Shown here in pieces: positions 1 to 13,890 of a DNA stretch of 64,000 nt. The DNA is from Octopus vulgaris. Taxonomy: Eukaryota. The position numbers and the translations under genes are program-made. The notes beneath the pieces are model-generated. The model had not been told where the DNA came from and made no database searches. It saw only the letters and a list, made by a program, of their open reading frames with translations. Where the stretch lies: assembly GCA_951406725.2 (NCBI GenBank), contig OX597816.1, positions 9,486,001-9,550,000 on the forward strand. The letters run 5' to 3'. Every line of letters begins with the position of its first letter. Position 1 is the first letter of the stretch.

Positions 1-339
1 ACCTGTTAAGTACTGGGGTTAAAGCAATTGACTACTCACCTCCTTAAAATTTCAGGCCTTGAACCAATATTAGAAAGAAGTATTTTTCCTATCTTACATA
101 TTAATTTCACTGTTATTTACCCTTGTCCATATCTAAATTAGGAAATGACGATAAAATTCAAACTTTATATGTATATAGGCAACTTTTAAACAGCTTTCAG
201 ATTCTCCCTTTAACCTAGCAACACATCTTGATGGAAGGAAGGTTTTGTTGTTAAGAGTGGAGGATCCTGAGAAGCAACTTAGAAACATCACAGCATTTGT
301 AGCTAAACAAAGAATTTTATATCCTTTTTTCATCATTAC

Positions 340-680
340 CTTTCACTTGTTTCAGTCCTTAGAATGACTTGAATGAATTAATCCTAATACTTATTTTTAT
401 TATTTTAAAGCCTGGCACTTATTCTATTGGTCATTTTTGCAGAACCACTAAGTTATGAGGGTGTAAACACATCGACACAGGTCATCAAGCAGTGGTGGCA
501 AACACAGACACAAAGACACATACTCACACACATACACATATGACTGACTTCTTTGTGTCTTTGTCTACTAAATCCATTCACAAGTTGAGAACATCTGCCT
601 AAGGTGCCAAACAATGGGACTGAACCTGGAACCATGTATTTAGGAAACAGGTTTCTTACCATACAGTTAAGCTTGTGCCT
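340..680 (-). mobile_element. Degenerate tRNA-derived CORE-type SINE (family A)
   Basis: Reverse complement matches the family A copies (gggactgaacctggaaccatg, aaatccattcacaag, tttcagtc tail). Confidence 0.75.
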
Positions 681-2217
681 ATATTTTATATTTACTTTCC
701 ATTTGTCTGTGTATGACAGTACACTTGAACTAGAAGCCTTCTAGATTTCACTAAAAGATGTAACAGACCAAGCAGGTGATAACAGGAGGGAAATAGGATG
801 AACAAAAGAATAAAGAAGATAACAATAGGAAGGCAGAAAAAAAAGAAAGAGTGCAAAAGAAGAAGAAAATGAGAAATAATCATAATGATGATAGTAGAAA
901 TATACATAAGTTGTTGCAGAAAAAAAGACAAGATTTTAGTGAAAGAAAAAAAATATTTGCTGAAAACTTGAAAATGTCTTTTTAAAGACTCAGTATAAAA
1001 TATTTCTTTGCAATAGATATAATGATTGAGATTTCAGATAAGGACAACAATCAGAACAAACAGTCACCAGCAGTAAAAGAACAAATAGAAAAATTCAATA
1101 AAAACTTCTAGAAACTAAATATTTAATCAGTTTATCAGATAAGAAAAAAGAAAAAAATAACCCCCCACAAAGCAAAAAATACCCTACCAAAAAAAAAACA
1201 GTTGAATTTTAAGAAACTATCTCTGGGAATATATAAAAAAAGAGAGAGAAAAATATTAGTATGTTGCACTGATGCAAAGACAATACAGGAAATAATTTCT
1301 TGAAAACTAAGAAATGATCAAAGATGGTAGAACAATATCAGTTGAACAAGTTCTAATGAATCTTTTATTAAACATTTACAATAAAACTTATTGTGCTTTA
1401 CCAAAGAATAATTTTCAGTAAGAATGTACTTTTATCTTGCAATACAGCTGACAATATGATGTTGAAATTATTTTTGAACATCAGGTCAAGTTATTAAATT
1501 CAGATAAATAATAATTATTTTCAATTTTTACTGAATCCAACAAAAATGAAATCATTTGATCAATGATAAAATATATTTGTGTGGAAAACTATGTCATTGA
1601 ACATTTGTATGTACCACACTGTATTGTTCAGTATATGAAGAAAAGTTTCCTTGTTTGTTTGCATCAGTCAGCTTTCTTCAAGTAGACAGATAAAGAGTTT
1701 ATGAGTAGCCCTTGTACTTTGCACCAGCTATAGTCTAGTCTTGAACTGTAATAGTGTGGTAGATAGAGTATGTTTCTATGTGACAAACAGGAGAACACTG
1801 TATTGATTTTAATGCCTGATTTGTTCAAGTCTACAATGAAAATAATCTTAGAACATGGTTGTTTTGAATATTTGGCAATAAGTGAAGAATGTGTAGCAAC
1901 TCAGTACAAAATTTAAGGCGTAGTGTAGTAGTTTAGGCTAATAGTAGAAATGTCTTGTTTTATGATGACAAAATTTAAGGTTGAATGTTAAAGTAAAACA
2001 GAAGGATTGTTGTCATTGCCATCGTGGATGTTGCCAAAGTCATTGTCTCATCATTGTTGTCATTACCACTGTTGCCATCATCATCAACATCATTTAACAT
2101 TCATATTTAATGGGGGCATGGATTGGACGGTTTGACAACCCAATAGTTTACCTGTGGTTAAGATATCTCAATGTAGTGTCGTACTCCCAGTAGTGAATTA
2201 ATACAAACACAATTGTG

Positions 2218-2265
2218 TATATATATATATATATATATATATAGATATTATATGTATATATATAC

Positions 2266-2325
<60 letters not shown>

Positions 2326-2330
2326 ATATA
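2218..2330. repeat. (TA)n microsatellite, one of many (TA)n, (CA)n, (TAA)n and (CAT)n tracts in the window
   Basis: Seen directly in the sequence. Confidence 0.95.
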
Positions 2331-2473
2331 ACGGGAAGCTTTATGAAAATAGACAAAAGACGAAGGCAGGTGGAAAACAAACAAACAATTGTATTAGTAT
2401 GGCACTCAGGAAATATAAATAAAACAAGTCTTATATATATATGTGTATGTATATATATATAGGTATAGATGTG

Positions 2474-2522
<49 letters not shown>

Positions 2523-4118
2523 TGTGGAAGTGAATGAATATGAAAAGTTGGATGGACAACATCAAGGAATGGAAACCTAAAGTCTAGCATGCAACCATGA
2601 CAGATGAAATGACAAGAGTATAGTATGTCATGACCACATCCCTATGACTCTATTACAAGTTGAGGTTTTAAGGAAGTGTATATATGCATATGCATATGTG
2701 AATGAGTGTAAAGCACATTGGTGCACTAAGCCACTCCTATGGGTTTTGTGATAGGTAAATAACATGTTTTAATAATGATATTGAAATGTTCACAAAATTT
2801 GCAAATTCCCCCATTCCCCATATTTTCAAACACATTACCATCATGGAATCTCGCATACTAAATCTATGAAGAATTCGAAATTATGTTTAACTATCACTCC
2901 GTTTTTGTAGTTTATTGGCATTACACCTCAATTTTAAAGTCAAATTCTTCCAGCTAGATTTTTATAGTCTGTCTTTTGACATTCAAAGAACTTTAAAAAA
3001 GACAAAATGGTCTATTCATGTGTTTACTCACTCTCCCAAAATAATGCTTTGTATCATATTGACTAGCCTGTATCATAATAATCAATATATTTAGTTCATT
3101 TGAAAATTCTATTTCACTAGAAACACTTTCCACTTTATCATAATAGGTATTTGTTTTATTCTTTTTGCTTCCATTTATTTTTACTCCCAAAATGTTGTTC
3201 TGCAGAGACAAATATCTGGGAGTACTTTATTTGTTTATTTACTTACTTGTTTTTAATAGTATGATTTCTAGATAGAAATAAAACAATTATCACAGTAAAT
3301 ATGTCGTTACATTAACAGAAACAGATGAGTTAGTTGTATTTTTATTTCATGTTAAAAGAACATTTAGTTGTGTTATTACTAATGCTTCTTACTTGATTTG
3401 TTTACAACTGCTTGTTTGTTTTTTGTTGTTGCTGTTTTTACTGTGTATTTTGATAGAAAGTGAAACATTTTATGTGAGAACATAAAGATTTTATCGTCTG
3501 CAACATTAAAGACTGGGTAGACATTACTCTTGTTAAAATCCAATTATTTCTAGCAAAACAGCATCTATTCCATCCAGCAAATCACTTTGACTTCACATCC
3601 ACATCAAACTAGCTTGTTTAATATGAAAAACCATACAGCTTGAACAATACAAATGTAGAAACATAAATTATAATTTTGTGTATTTTGAAAAATAATGGAA
3701 ACTGCAAGCAAAGATAAAATGTTATTTACTTTCTGTCCATTTAAAAATGTCTGTTTTGCAGTATTGTTTTTGAACAGTTTGCTGAGTAGATTCTTTGACA
3801 GAATATTTTCACCAAGGTAAGCAATAACACCATCGTCATTTTAGTGTCCAGTTTTCTATAGCTGCATAGGCCAGACAATTTGTTGAGGCAGATTTCCTAT
3901 GGCTGGATACTTTTCTTGTCACTGACCCTCAATTCTTTCCAAGCAAGGTAATAATCCCCAAGTCTATTAAACAAGGAACAACCAGGACATAATTACGAAC
4001 CTTTCTGCTTACAAAGAGTATACATCAAGAAGCCTAAACATGCTTTTGCATTGACTGTCAGCATATGATACTACCTGTTTTAATAGCAAGACTGTTGTTT
4101 TATTTACAGTCACCAAAC

Positions 4119-4290
4119 AGGCGCAGGAGTGGCTATGTGGTAAGTAGCTTGCTAACCAACCACATGGTTCTGGGTTCAGTCCCACTGCGTGGCACCTTGG
4201 GCAAGTGTCTTCTACTGTAGCCTCAGGCCGACCAAAGCCTTGTGAGTGGATTTCGTAGATGGAAACTGAAAGAAGCCCATCGTATATATG

Positions 4291-4327
<37 letters not shown>

Positions 4328-4540
4328 TTGTGTGTCTGTGTTTGTCCCCCTAGCATAGCTTGACAACCGATGTTGGTGTGTTTACGTCCCCGTAACTTAG
4401 CGGTTCGGCAAAAGAGACTGATAGAATAAGTACTGGGCTTACAAAGAATAAGTCCCGGGGTCGATTTGCTTGACTAAAGGCGGTGCTCCAGCATGACCGC
4501 AGTCAAATGACTGAAACAAGTAAAAGAGTAAAAGAGTAAA
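4119..4540 (+). mobile_element. Full-length tRNA-derived CORE-type SINE (family A)
   Basis: tRNA-like head with A box (TGGCTATGTGG) and B box (GGTTCAGTCC), CORE-like caccttgggcaagtgtctt, internal (TA)n(TG)n, and an (AAAAGAGT)n tail. More than 10 homologous copies occur in the window. Confidence 0.9.
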
Positions 4541-5604
4541 CAAATAAAGGTAAGGAGAACTTACGCAGATATGCATAAGTGTGTATGTATACACACACAC
4601 ACACAAATCCTAAAAACACTTGATGCATGAAATGTTGTTTATCTGACTGTGATCTTTGTGTTAACATACCTAGTCATTCTGGCATCCTACAAGCTGATGT
4701 GCACTTTCAACTTCTGCTACCAATTTCACTCACAAAACTGACCTGCAACTCTAGCATAGATCATTAACCAACAATACTCACACAGTGGAACTGAATCTTT
4801 AGCCATGTGGTTCAAAGGTGAAATTCTTTATCTGACAGCCATGCCTGTGCCTAAAGAATTAGTGATCAAACATGGGCTGCTTGAAGTGAAAGTCAGGAAT
4901 CCTAACCAGTAGACACATTGGTAAAATATCTTTTAGCTCTTAATTACATGTAGTATCAGAAAATTGAACAATTCTTATATGACTATTTTTTGTGTTTTTT
5001 AAAAGTAAAAGAGAGAAAAAAAATTCATTATATACATACTCTGAAATTTTATTTTCAATAATTAAGTTTTCCTTTTAAAGAATGGAGTGAACTTTAGGGA
5101 ATAAAACAATGATATTATATAATAATGATGACAATGAGGATGATGCTGAGCATCAAATACTCTAAGAAACAATATCATTCAAATACTAAAAATTTTTGCT
5201 AAAATTGCACTGACAAAATTTTGCTTTCTCATTGCAACAGAGACAAGCTGACAAAGGAGCTTCTGTGTAGTTATTTGATCCACAAGAAATAGCATTTAAA
5301 TCTCCCTCAAATCACACTTCACTATCATAAAATCAGGATTCATGTCTGTCCAGGATATAGTAACTCTTGATAAAATAAACTATCCCTTGAAAAAGACAGG
5401 ATGATCAACAACAACAGGCTACTAGAGTTGCTGCTGCTACCACTACTATTGCTACTACCACAACTACTAGTACAACCTCTTTCTCCCCCTTTTCCTCTTT
5501 CTCTTCCTTCTTTCTTTCCTCCTTCTACTATAAATATGCCTTCAATGTACTTCAACATACTGTACTGCTCTCATATCAAAAATGGCATTTATCATTTAAT
5601 CATA

Positions 5605-5720
5605 CTTTGCATTCAGAAGAAAGTCTTCTACTTGATAAAAAGATCAATCTTCAATGCCTAACCTATCATTCTGCTCTATCCTTTCTCTGCCACTTTGAAC
5701 ACTATTGTATTGAACTGTGT
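5605..5720 (+). mobile_element. CR1/Jockey-group LINE ORF2 C-terminal relic
   Basis: Peptides CIQKKVFYLI and LQCLTYHSALSFLCHFEHYCIELC resemble the conserved RIQ..A.RLI and LQ.L.HRR.V.SL..FY.YY motifs. Same type as 62680-63200. Confidence 0.5.
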
Positions 5721-5721
5721 G

Positions 5722-6165
5722 ATGTACAAGACTTGTTAACATCCTTGAAACTGCAGCAGCCAAAGTCAATCTGTTTCTCAATGCAAAGAAAACTGAACAC
5801 CAGGCTATCAATGAAGATAAAAGTCACCTGCCAATTTGTTCAAACAATGGTACACAACTCCAGGTCAGTGACTTCAGATACTTCAGGACTAATCTTGCTA
5901 ATAGTTAGAAAGATTTACTGACATGCAAAGGACAAGTGTGAAGCACCTGTAACAAACTTCATATTATCTGGTAATCAAGTATTTCAAAGTTAACAAGGCT
6001 GGCCTTCTTTAAGGGCACATTTAGAGAGCATACTTCTCTCTGGAACTGAAAACTGGACTATGAAGAAGGAGCTTCAAGATCATTTCGAATGGTATATTCA
6101 CTAGGCTTCTAATGAGGGCTAAAAACATTGTATGGCATGAGCACAAGACCACAGAAGAGATAAAA
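5722..6165 (+). mobile_element. RTE-clade LINE reverse transcriptase relic, pseudogenised
   Basis: Manual translation across stops and frameshifts: LETAAAKVNLFLNAKKTE...DFRYF...CNKLHIIW*SSISKLTRLAFFK...ESILLSGTENWTMKKEL...GIFTRLLMRAKNIVWHEHKTTEEI. These are typical RTE RT thumb and C-terminal motifs. Confidence 0.85.
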
Positions 6166-7153
6166 TACTATATAACAAGGATCTTGTTAAATTTCTTCCA
6201 CCCACTTTAAGTTTTTCAAATTTTCAGATTATTTTTTAAAAATGTGGTGCTGATGTATTTTGTATGCTGATGATGAAAATTGTGCTATGGGATTTTTTGA
6301 GAAATAAATAATAAAGATCTTTGTGTTAACATACCTAGTAAATGGTAGAAGCATTTAAAATTATTTAATAGTAGCCAATCAAAAGCATTTTCTTAAAGTG
6401 ATTGAAAGAAATTTAGCAAGAACCTACAACAACAGTTGATTCATATGTAATTCTCAATTTAATGTAGCAAAATTATTAGTTTTCCTACTGTGGCATGAAT
6501 TATCTTGCCAAAAACTTATAACTGCACAACTTTAATTATAACAGATGGTTCTTAACAAGGTAAAAGAAAAATGCTTCTTAGTGAAATGTTAGTCAGTTGA
6601 ACTATTTCCTCCTCCCTCTACTCAAGTACGTTACACAAATGCTATTAATTTGAAAGGAAAAGTGGATAATAGTGAGATTTGATTTCAGAACACATAAAAA
6701 AGCTAAACACAATAAAACATTTAGTACAGCAACTTACAATCTCAACCATTTCTCCATCATAACTTCCATAGCTCCATAATAACTTCCATTTCAGTTTCTA
6801 AAATATTTTAGATCATCCAGTGGTACTGACATATTGACAGAACATGAGTAGTAACAGTAAAATGGTAATTTTAGAAGTGGTGGTGGATGCTATATCAATC
6901 ATTAAATAATATTGTGATTTGAAAATGGATGAGAAAAAACTAAATTGTAATATAAAAATGTACTAGTAGTTCAGTCAGGTTTTAGTCCAGAATTTTCTTT
7001 AGAATGAATGATTTCAATATCATAAAGTATATATACATATATGTACAAAAATATATACCAGCATGGAAAATGGACATTAAAAGGTGGTGATGAGGATGAT
7101 GATCTCATTCACACAGACACACATACACACAAATACATACATATGTAAATAAA

Positions 7154-7211
<58 letters not shown>

Positions 7212-8736
7212 TTTTATGCAATCATTTGGAAATGAGCAGTGTTTCCTGTTTTGAAAGTAGTAGTACATTAGAATATCATTGAAATCTATAAGCTTCTTCA
7301 GAATAGCTAAGAGAAATTGAAGAATATATTTTGCATGAAGAAAATTCCAAACAAACAAATATATAAATAAAGTAAAAAGTAAAAATAAAGAATACACACC
7401 AAGCAAAAATAAAAGTATTAGAAATACTGGAAATGTTTTGAAAACACAGAAGCCATAAAGTAACACAAAGTGTATAATTTAAATAAATCTGCCAAAGCTA
7501 AAGTGAAATCAAACAAAGACAAAAAGATGTTACATGCCTAATTCATGACAGCCATATTGAAATAAATCACTTATTCACTAGTAAGATATATATAAGACAT
7601 TCAATAAAATAAAGGACAATAATGAGAACCATTATGTTGCTATTGGAATAATATGGATGATATGAAGAATTTTACTGATTACAGTAAGGTTAACATGTCT
7701 AAATGGAATAAAGAAATAAAAATAAAGTTGAATAATGCAAAACAACAACAACAACAACGACGATGATGATGATGATGACGATGACGATGATAATAATAAT
7801 AAGAAGAATACCAAAACTAAAAAAAATAACCATCAAAGACTGAGAGGAATGAAAGAGAAAAAAGAGAGAAAATAAAAGACAGGAAATAAGATGAAAGAAT
7901 GAAGGTACAGATTTGGAAGTAAATAGGAAATTTTTATGTGAAGAATCATTTGGATAGCATTGATAAGGCAGAGAGGGAATATTTCTTAGAAATTTCATTC
8001 AGTTGAGAGAAAATGGTAGAAAGTAAGTGAGAAGTGAAAGATGAATTAATAGCAACCATTGATATTACAACTGGCTCTATCTTTGTATCCTGACATATTC
8101 ACATAAAAACAGACTTGTAAAAGATTACAAAAGTCAGGAAATCCTTCATACTATGAAATGCTTCCTTGTGCATATGCATTTTACATACTAATGACCTAGT
8201 AAATAAGCTTTAAATTCTACATTCATTATATGCATATATATACACAGATGATGATGTTGATGATGATGATACATATATGTGAATATATAGATATATATAT
8301 AAATATATGTATATATATATTCATGGTCTGTCTATAGCACATATATAAATATAGTAATAATTTTATATTTGGGTAGACACCTTGTTGTATGCTGTTTAAA
8401 GACCATCCACAGTATTTGGTTACCTGAAAGTTATGGAAGTTATATTTCATTGGATTTACTTCATACTATCATACTATTCTTTTGTCTCTTTAGAATTTAT
8501 ATAAAAATATAAGAGACAGAAAATGGAATAGATGAAACCCTTTATTCAGAACCATTTCAGATCATCATGCATCCATACCTTACAGGTGAGATGCTGTACA
8601 ATCAATTGACATGCATTATAGGTGCAGCTGTATTTCTTCCAATAAATACCTCGTTTTTTATCTGTCATTTCACTTACTTCTATAACAATGCATTTTAGAT
8701 TTTAGTGTATACATAAATATATAAATCGAAACATAA

Positions 8737-8767
<31 letters not shown>

Positions 8768-8995
8768 TTTATATATGATGATGATGATGATGATGATGAA
8801 TTGGGCAGCTTTGTATATTTGCATGCAAATCCAGAAACATGTAGGAATGTAGGTGGGTATGTATAAATATACACTCATATTCATACTCTGATGTAAAAAC
8901 CAAATCATGCAGGGTTGTAAAGAAAGTTCACTTTACCAGAATCTGAAGAAGACATTTTGAGTGAAAGGAGACAACTATTTAAGTCAATCAACAAT

Positions 8996-9574
8996 AGGAG
9001 TGGCTGTGTGGTAAGTAGCTTGCTAACCAACCACATGGTTCTGGGTTCAGTCCCACTGCATGGCACCTTGGGCAAGTGTCTTCTGCTATAGCCCCGGGCT
9101 GACCAATGCCTTGTGAGTGGATTTGGTAGACGGAAACTGCAAGAAGCCTGTCGTATATATGTATATATATATATATATATAAAAAACACCCACTACACTC
9201 ACAGAGTGGTTGGCTTTAGGAAGGGCATCCAGCCGTAGAAACACTGCCAGATCTGACTGGGCCTGACGAAGCCTTCCAGCTTCACAGACCCCAGTTGACC
9301 CGTCCAACCCATGCTAGCATGGAAAGCGGACGCTAAACGACGATATATATATATATGTATGTGTGTGTCTGTGTTTGTCCCCCTAGCATTGCTTGACAAC
9401 CGATGCTGGTGTGTTTACGTCCCCATCACTTTGTGGTTCGGCAAAAGAGACCGATAGAATAAGTACTGGGCTTACAAAGAATAAGTCCCGGAGTTGATTT
9501 GCTCGACTAAAGGCGGTGCTCCAGCATGGCCGCAGTCAAATGACTGAAACAAGTAAAAGAGTAAAGAGAGTAAA
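8996..9574 (+). mobile_element. Family A SINE with a nested family D insertion (9180-9343) in its internal (TA)n
   Basis: Both flanks match the 4119-4540 copy; the insert matches 38996-39290. Confidence 0.9.
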
Positions 9575-10416
9575 ATAAGGTAATTTTTCAGATTTAGCTT
9601 TTTTATCTCATATTTATAATCAACTGCATCCTAAATTGACAGTATGTGTATGCATATATTGAATTAGATTGCCTATATTCATTCCACAGTAGGAGAAAGG
9701 CCTCAGTATGTTCTCTCCACCAACCATGGGATGATGTGGAGGCTTGAATTTGAGCTTGTGATCATCCTAGTTTAATGATCCTACTCTGCCACACTGGCTT
9801 AACATTGCTTAGCAGAGGAATGCAGTTTTTATACTCTTGCCTAGGAGTAGTTGAGTTGACTACGTGTACACGCACACACATCTATGCATTGTATATATAC
9901 ATACACACACACACACGTGCGTGTGTACATGTGTATAGGCACATACATGGCTGTGTGGTTGAGAAGTTTCCCTCTGAACCATGGGATTTCAAGTTCAGTC
10001 CCGGTGTAACACTATGGGCAAGTACTTTCTACTATAGTTTTGGACTGATCAAAGCTATATGAGTGAATTTGGCAGATGGAGACTGAAAGAAGCATGTCAC
10101 ATGTGCATGGGTGTGTGTGTTTGTGAGTGTTTGTTTAAAATTTGCATTCTATGCAAGTTTGTTGAATGATGTCACTGTTGTCACTTTTTATGACAAAAAA
10201 TTATCAAATCATCTACTCACTTCACATCGTCAAGGACATGCTAAATAAGAGATCTCGTTTGAAAAATAAATGAGGATTAGTGACAAGAAAGGAATCCAAC
10301 CATAAAAAAAGCCACAATAATATATCCATCTTGCTCATACTTGCACAGAAAAATGGACATAAAAATAAACAAACATATGTGTATATACACACACACACAT
10401 ACACACAAAAACATGG

Positions 10417-10638
10417 CTCTTTTACTCTTTTACTAATTTCAGTCCTTTTCACTGTGGCCATGCTGGAGCACCGCCTTTAGTCAAGCAAATCGAACCCAGG
10501 ACTTATTCTTTGTAAGCCTAGTACTTATTCTATCAGTCTCTTTTGATGAACTGCTAAGTTACTGGGATGTAAACACACCAACATCAGTCGTCAAGCAATG
10601 TTGGGGGGACAAACACAGACACACAAACATATACACAC

Positions 10639-10704
<66 letters not shown>

Positions 10705-10867
10705 GACAGGCTTCTTTCAGTTTCCGTCAACCAAATCCACTCACAAGGCTTTGGTCAGCCCGAGGCTATAGTAGAAGATACTTGCCCAAGATGCCATGCA
10801 GTGGGAATGAACCCGGAACCACGTGGTTCATAAGCAAGCTACTTACCACACAGCCACTCCTACACCT
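10417..10867 (-). mobile_element. Full-length family A SINE
   Basis: Reverse complement of the 4119-4540 type. Confidence 0.9.
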
Positions 10868-10868
10868 A

Positions 10869-11175
10869 TGAGAGATCGTCATATCGAGTGTTCGACGTAT
10901 GACATAATGAGATAATAAATAATGTTCTTGCAATTGTGCTACTCAAGATACACAATACTTGTAATTACACTTGACAATACGCAACTCTAGGAATCACAGC
11001 TCACAGCTCACCGAATCTCTCCCACACTCTCTGTGCATGTCCATTTATATCGTGGCACAGTCCATTAGGAGCCAACCATATAGGGGTGTTCTACTTCCAC
11101 ACAACAGGGATTATATTGCAAGTGTACAAAATAAATACAATACAACTCTAACATTGAAATTTTATGGTAACTACA
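10869..11175 (-). mobile_element. Possible solo LTR
   Basis: TG...CA ends, TATA-like gatataaatg on the - strand, retained CpGs, and a terminal hairpin (gtcatatcga...tcgacgtatgac). No clean TSD. Confidence 0.3.
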
Positions 11176-11324
11176 CTAATGTTTCTCAGTTCAAATCTTG
11201 GCTCAGTTGACTTCACTTGCTTTTGAAAAATCATGCGAGCTACCAAGTGACAATAAATTATTTTTGTATTATGTCTGAATATAATTCAGGTTTTCGAAGT
11301 GTAAATAAGTATATATGCCTTTAC

Positions 11325-11708
11325 TTCTTAGTTTTACTTGTTTCAGTCAACAGACTACTGCCATGCTAGAGCACTGCCTCAAAGAGGTTTTAGTGGAATG
11401 AATTGACTCCAGTACTTTTTTAAGTCTGCTTTTTATTCCACTGGTTTCTTTAATTGAACTGTTAAGTTATGGGGATGTAAACAAAACAACACCGGTTGTC
11501 AAGTGGTGGTGAGGGACAAATACAAACACACACACACACACAAACACAAATACAATGGTCTTCTTTCAGTCTCTGTCTACTAAATCCACTCTCACAAGGC
11601 TTTGGTTGGCTCAAAGAGACACTTGCCCATGGTGCCATGCAGTGGGACTGAACCCACAATCCTGTGTCTGGAAAGAAAACTTCTTACAATATAGCCACAC
11701 CAGCACCT
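11325..11708 (-). mobile_element. Diverged family A SINE
   Basis: Homology to family A. Confidence 0.8.
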
Positions 11709-12126
11709 GAATAATTAACTTCAGTCTTATCCTGACAATTTTATGAAAATTTTAATTTAAAAGTTGAAGTATTCAGTAAAATCTTGTCTTCTTTTCACTT
11801 TTCTATTAAAAAATATTATTTCATAATTCATATTTTCTCCTGCTACACATATTCTTTTGTTTTTCGTTTTGATATTTTTATTGACAGCAACTTAACATTA
11901 TTGTGGATATCTGCTCATGTCCTATAAAAGTGGGACCACATTCATTTGAAATTTGGGGACATTTTTTTTTATTTGTTCATCTGGCAAGATAATTTAAATA
12001 ATAATAATTAATAATGATGATGATGATGATGATGATGATGACGATGATGATGGTGGCAGTGATGATGATGATGATGATGATGATAGTAATAATAGTAGTA
12101 ATAATAATAATAATAATAATAATAAT

Positions 12127-12365
12127 ATGATAAAAAAATATTCAGACAAATACATAACAAAAACACCAGGACTTACAAACACATATAACATACAGAAAAT
12201 TGCACTACTAGGCACTGCACACATCCTACGCAGAACACTTTCCATACAATAACCATCAGAGCATCACAACAAATCACAGCACATACCCAAGGCACATAGA
12301 GCTGCGCTCGGTAGTGAAGTGAAAGCACGCTATAAAAATAAAACTACTGAATAATAATAATAATA
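12127..12365 (+). mobile_element. R4/Dong-type (RLE) non-LTR retrotransposon 3' end inserted in (TAA)n
   Basis: MIKKYSDKYITKTPGLTNTYNIQKIALLGTAHILRRTLSIQ* (12127-12252) carries the RLE C-terminal motif QK.ALLGTA.ILR. (TAA)n lies on both sides. Confidence 0.85.
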
Positions 12366-12866
12366 AAAAAAGAGATGAAAGTATTAACCATCTGTTAAAT
12401 AAATGCAGTAAGATAGCATAGAAAGAGTAAAAGCACAGCCATGACAGAGTTGGTAAAAGAGTATATTGGGATATTAGCTGGTGCATGAAGTGTGGGCATT
12501 AGTATCAATGTTATTATCATTCTGAGTAAATTTAGAATAGATAAGGACATAGCTAAATATATCAAAGCATTTAGTTTGGTGCTCTACCGGTTCCATGATG
12601 CAATAATATTCTATTGTTAATCAGTAATGATTTCTGAGATAGGCATCAACTTCACAAATTCTGAAAATTCAGCTAATTGTTGCCAGTCATACACACAAAT
12701 GCTCATAGCTAAACACACAAAAACATAGTCCAGCAGTTAAACTTTGGTAAAATAAAATTGGGACATAAAACAGTGAATATTTCATATGAGTTTGAGATCA
12801 GCAGAAGCTAAAGGTGTAACACGTCTATTCGCAATAAACTTTATGTTTTTAAAGCAAGAATATTAT

Positions 12867-13158
12867 CAGTGGTGGACTGGCCAGGTTGCCAACTTGCCTG
12901 ATGTGCCATTAGAATCCATATATGGGGGCCCATCCCCTCAAGTTTGAGAATTTTTTATTCACTCCTGGAAGAATGTTTTAATTATTTCAGCCTGGCTTTG
13001 TTTGTAGACAGTTGAAAAATATTCTATTGTTAATCAGTAATGATTTCTGAGATAGGCATCAACTTCACAATGATTAGCATTGAAAATTGCAGTTAATTGT
13101 TGCCAGTGGGCCCTCAAATGCTCCTGCTAAACACACAAAAAACCCATAGTCCAGCAGT
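12867..13158. mobile_element. Degenerate hAT-like MITE
   Basis: Left end cagtggtggactgg, degenerate right end tagtccagcagt, and internal gggccc motifs. Confidence 0.45.
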
Positions 13159-13853
13159 TAAACTTTGGTAAAATAAAATTGGGACATAAAACAGTGAATA
13201 TTTCACTGTGGCCACCACAAGACTTTACATCTGTACACGTCATGATGGTCAGCGTGTAAACCATGAGATGCTTTCCTCAGAAGTGTATTTTTTCATTTTC
13301 CTCTCCTTTCTTCTTCCAGTTTCTCATTCTCCCACCTTTCTTTCCATTCTACACCCTGTCTGAAATGTTAGAGCAATTAACTCTTTCTATTTCTCTGAGA
13401 GTCAACCTCATAATTTTGATTGTGAACTTATCCCATCTTGCTGGTGTTTTTTTTTTTGTATTTTGCTTTCAATTCTTCATCTCAAACACAAACACACATA
13501 AATACACACAGATACACAAACACGTATATATGACATTTGAGATTTCTTTAAAATTTCAGTCATAATAATAAAAGAAATGCTAGCATGGAAAGCGGACGCT
13601 AAACGATGATGATGATGATGATGATGATAATAACAAAAGCAATATTAATATTCATATTGAAAATTTTATATTTATATCTTTAATAAACCTTACTTTTATG
13701 TGTTTTGACATTTTTTATGTTCCATCTTTTTTTTTATATTGATGAGGATGAAAATAAAAATCTTTAGTTTTAAAATCATTGGTTTAGAAATCATTACTGA
13801 AAGAGAGAATGGTAATTCTCTAATAAATATATATTATATATGCACACACACAT

Positions 13854-13890
<37 letters not shown>

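Noticed and set aside
3762-3816. Possible + strand micro-exon (ttttgcAG ... AAG|GTAAGC)
   Set aside because: It rests on splice motifs alone with no recognisable peptide; such matches are expected by chance in 64 kb.
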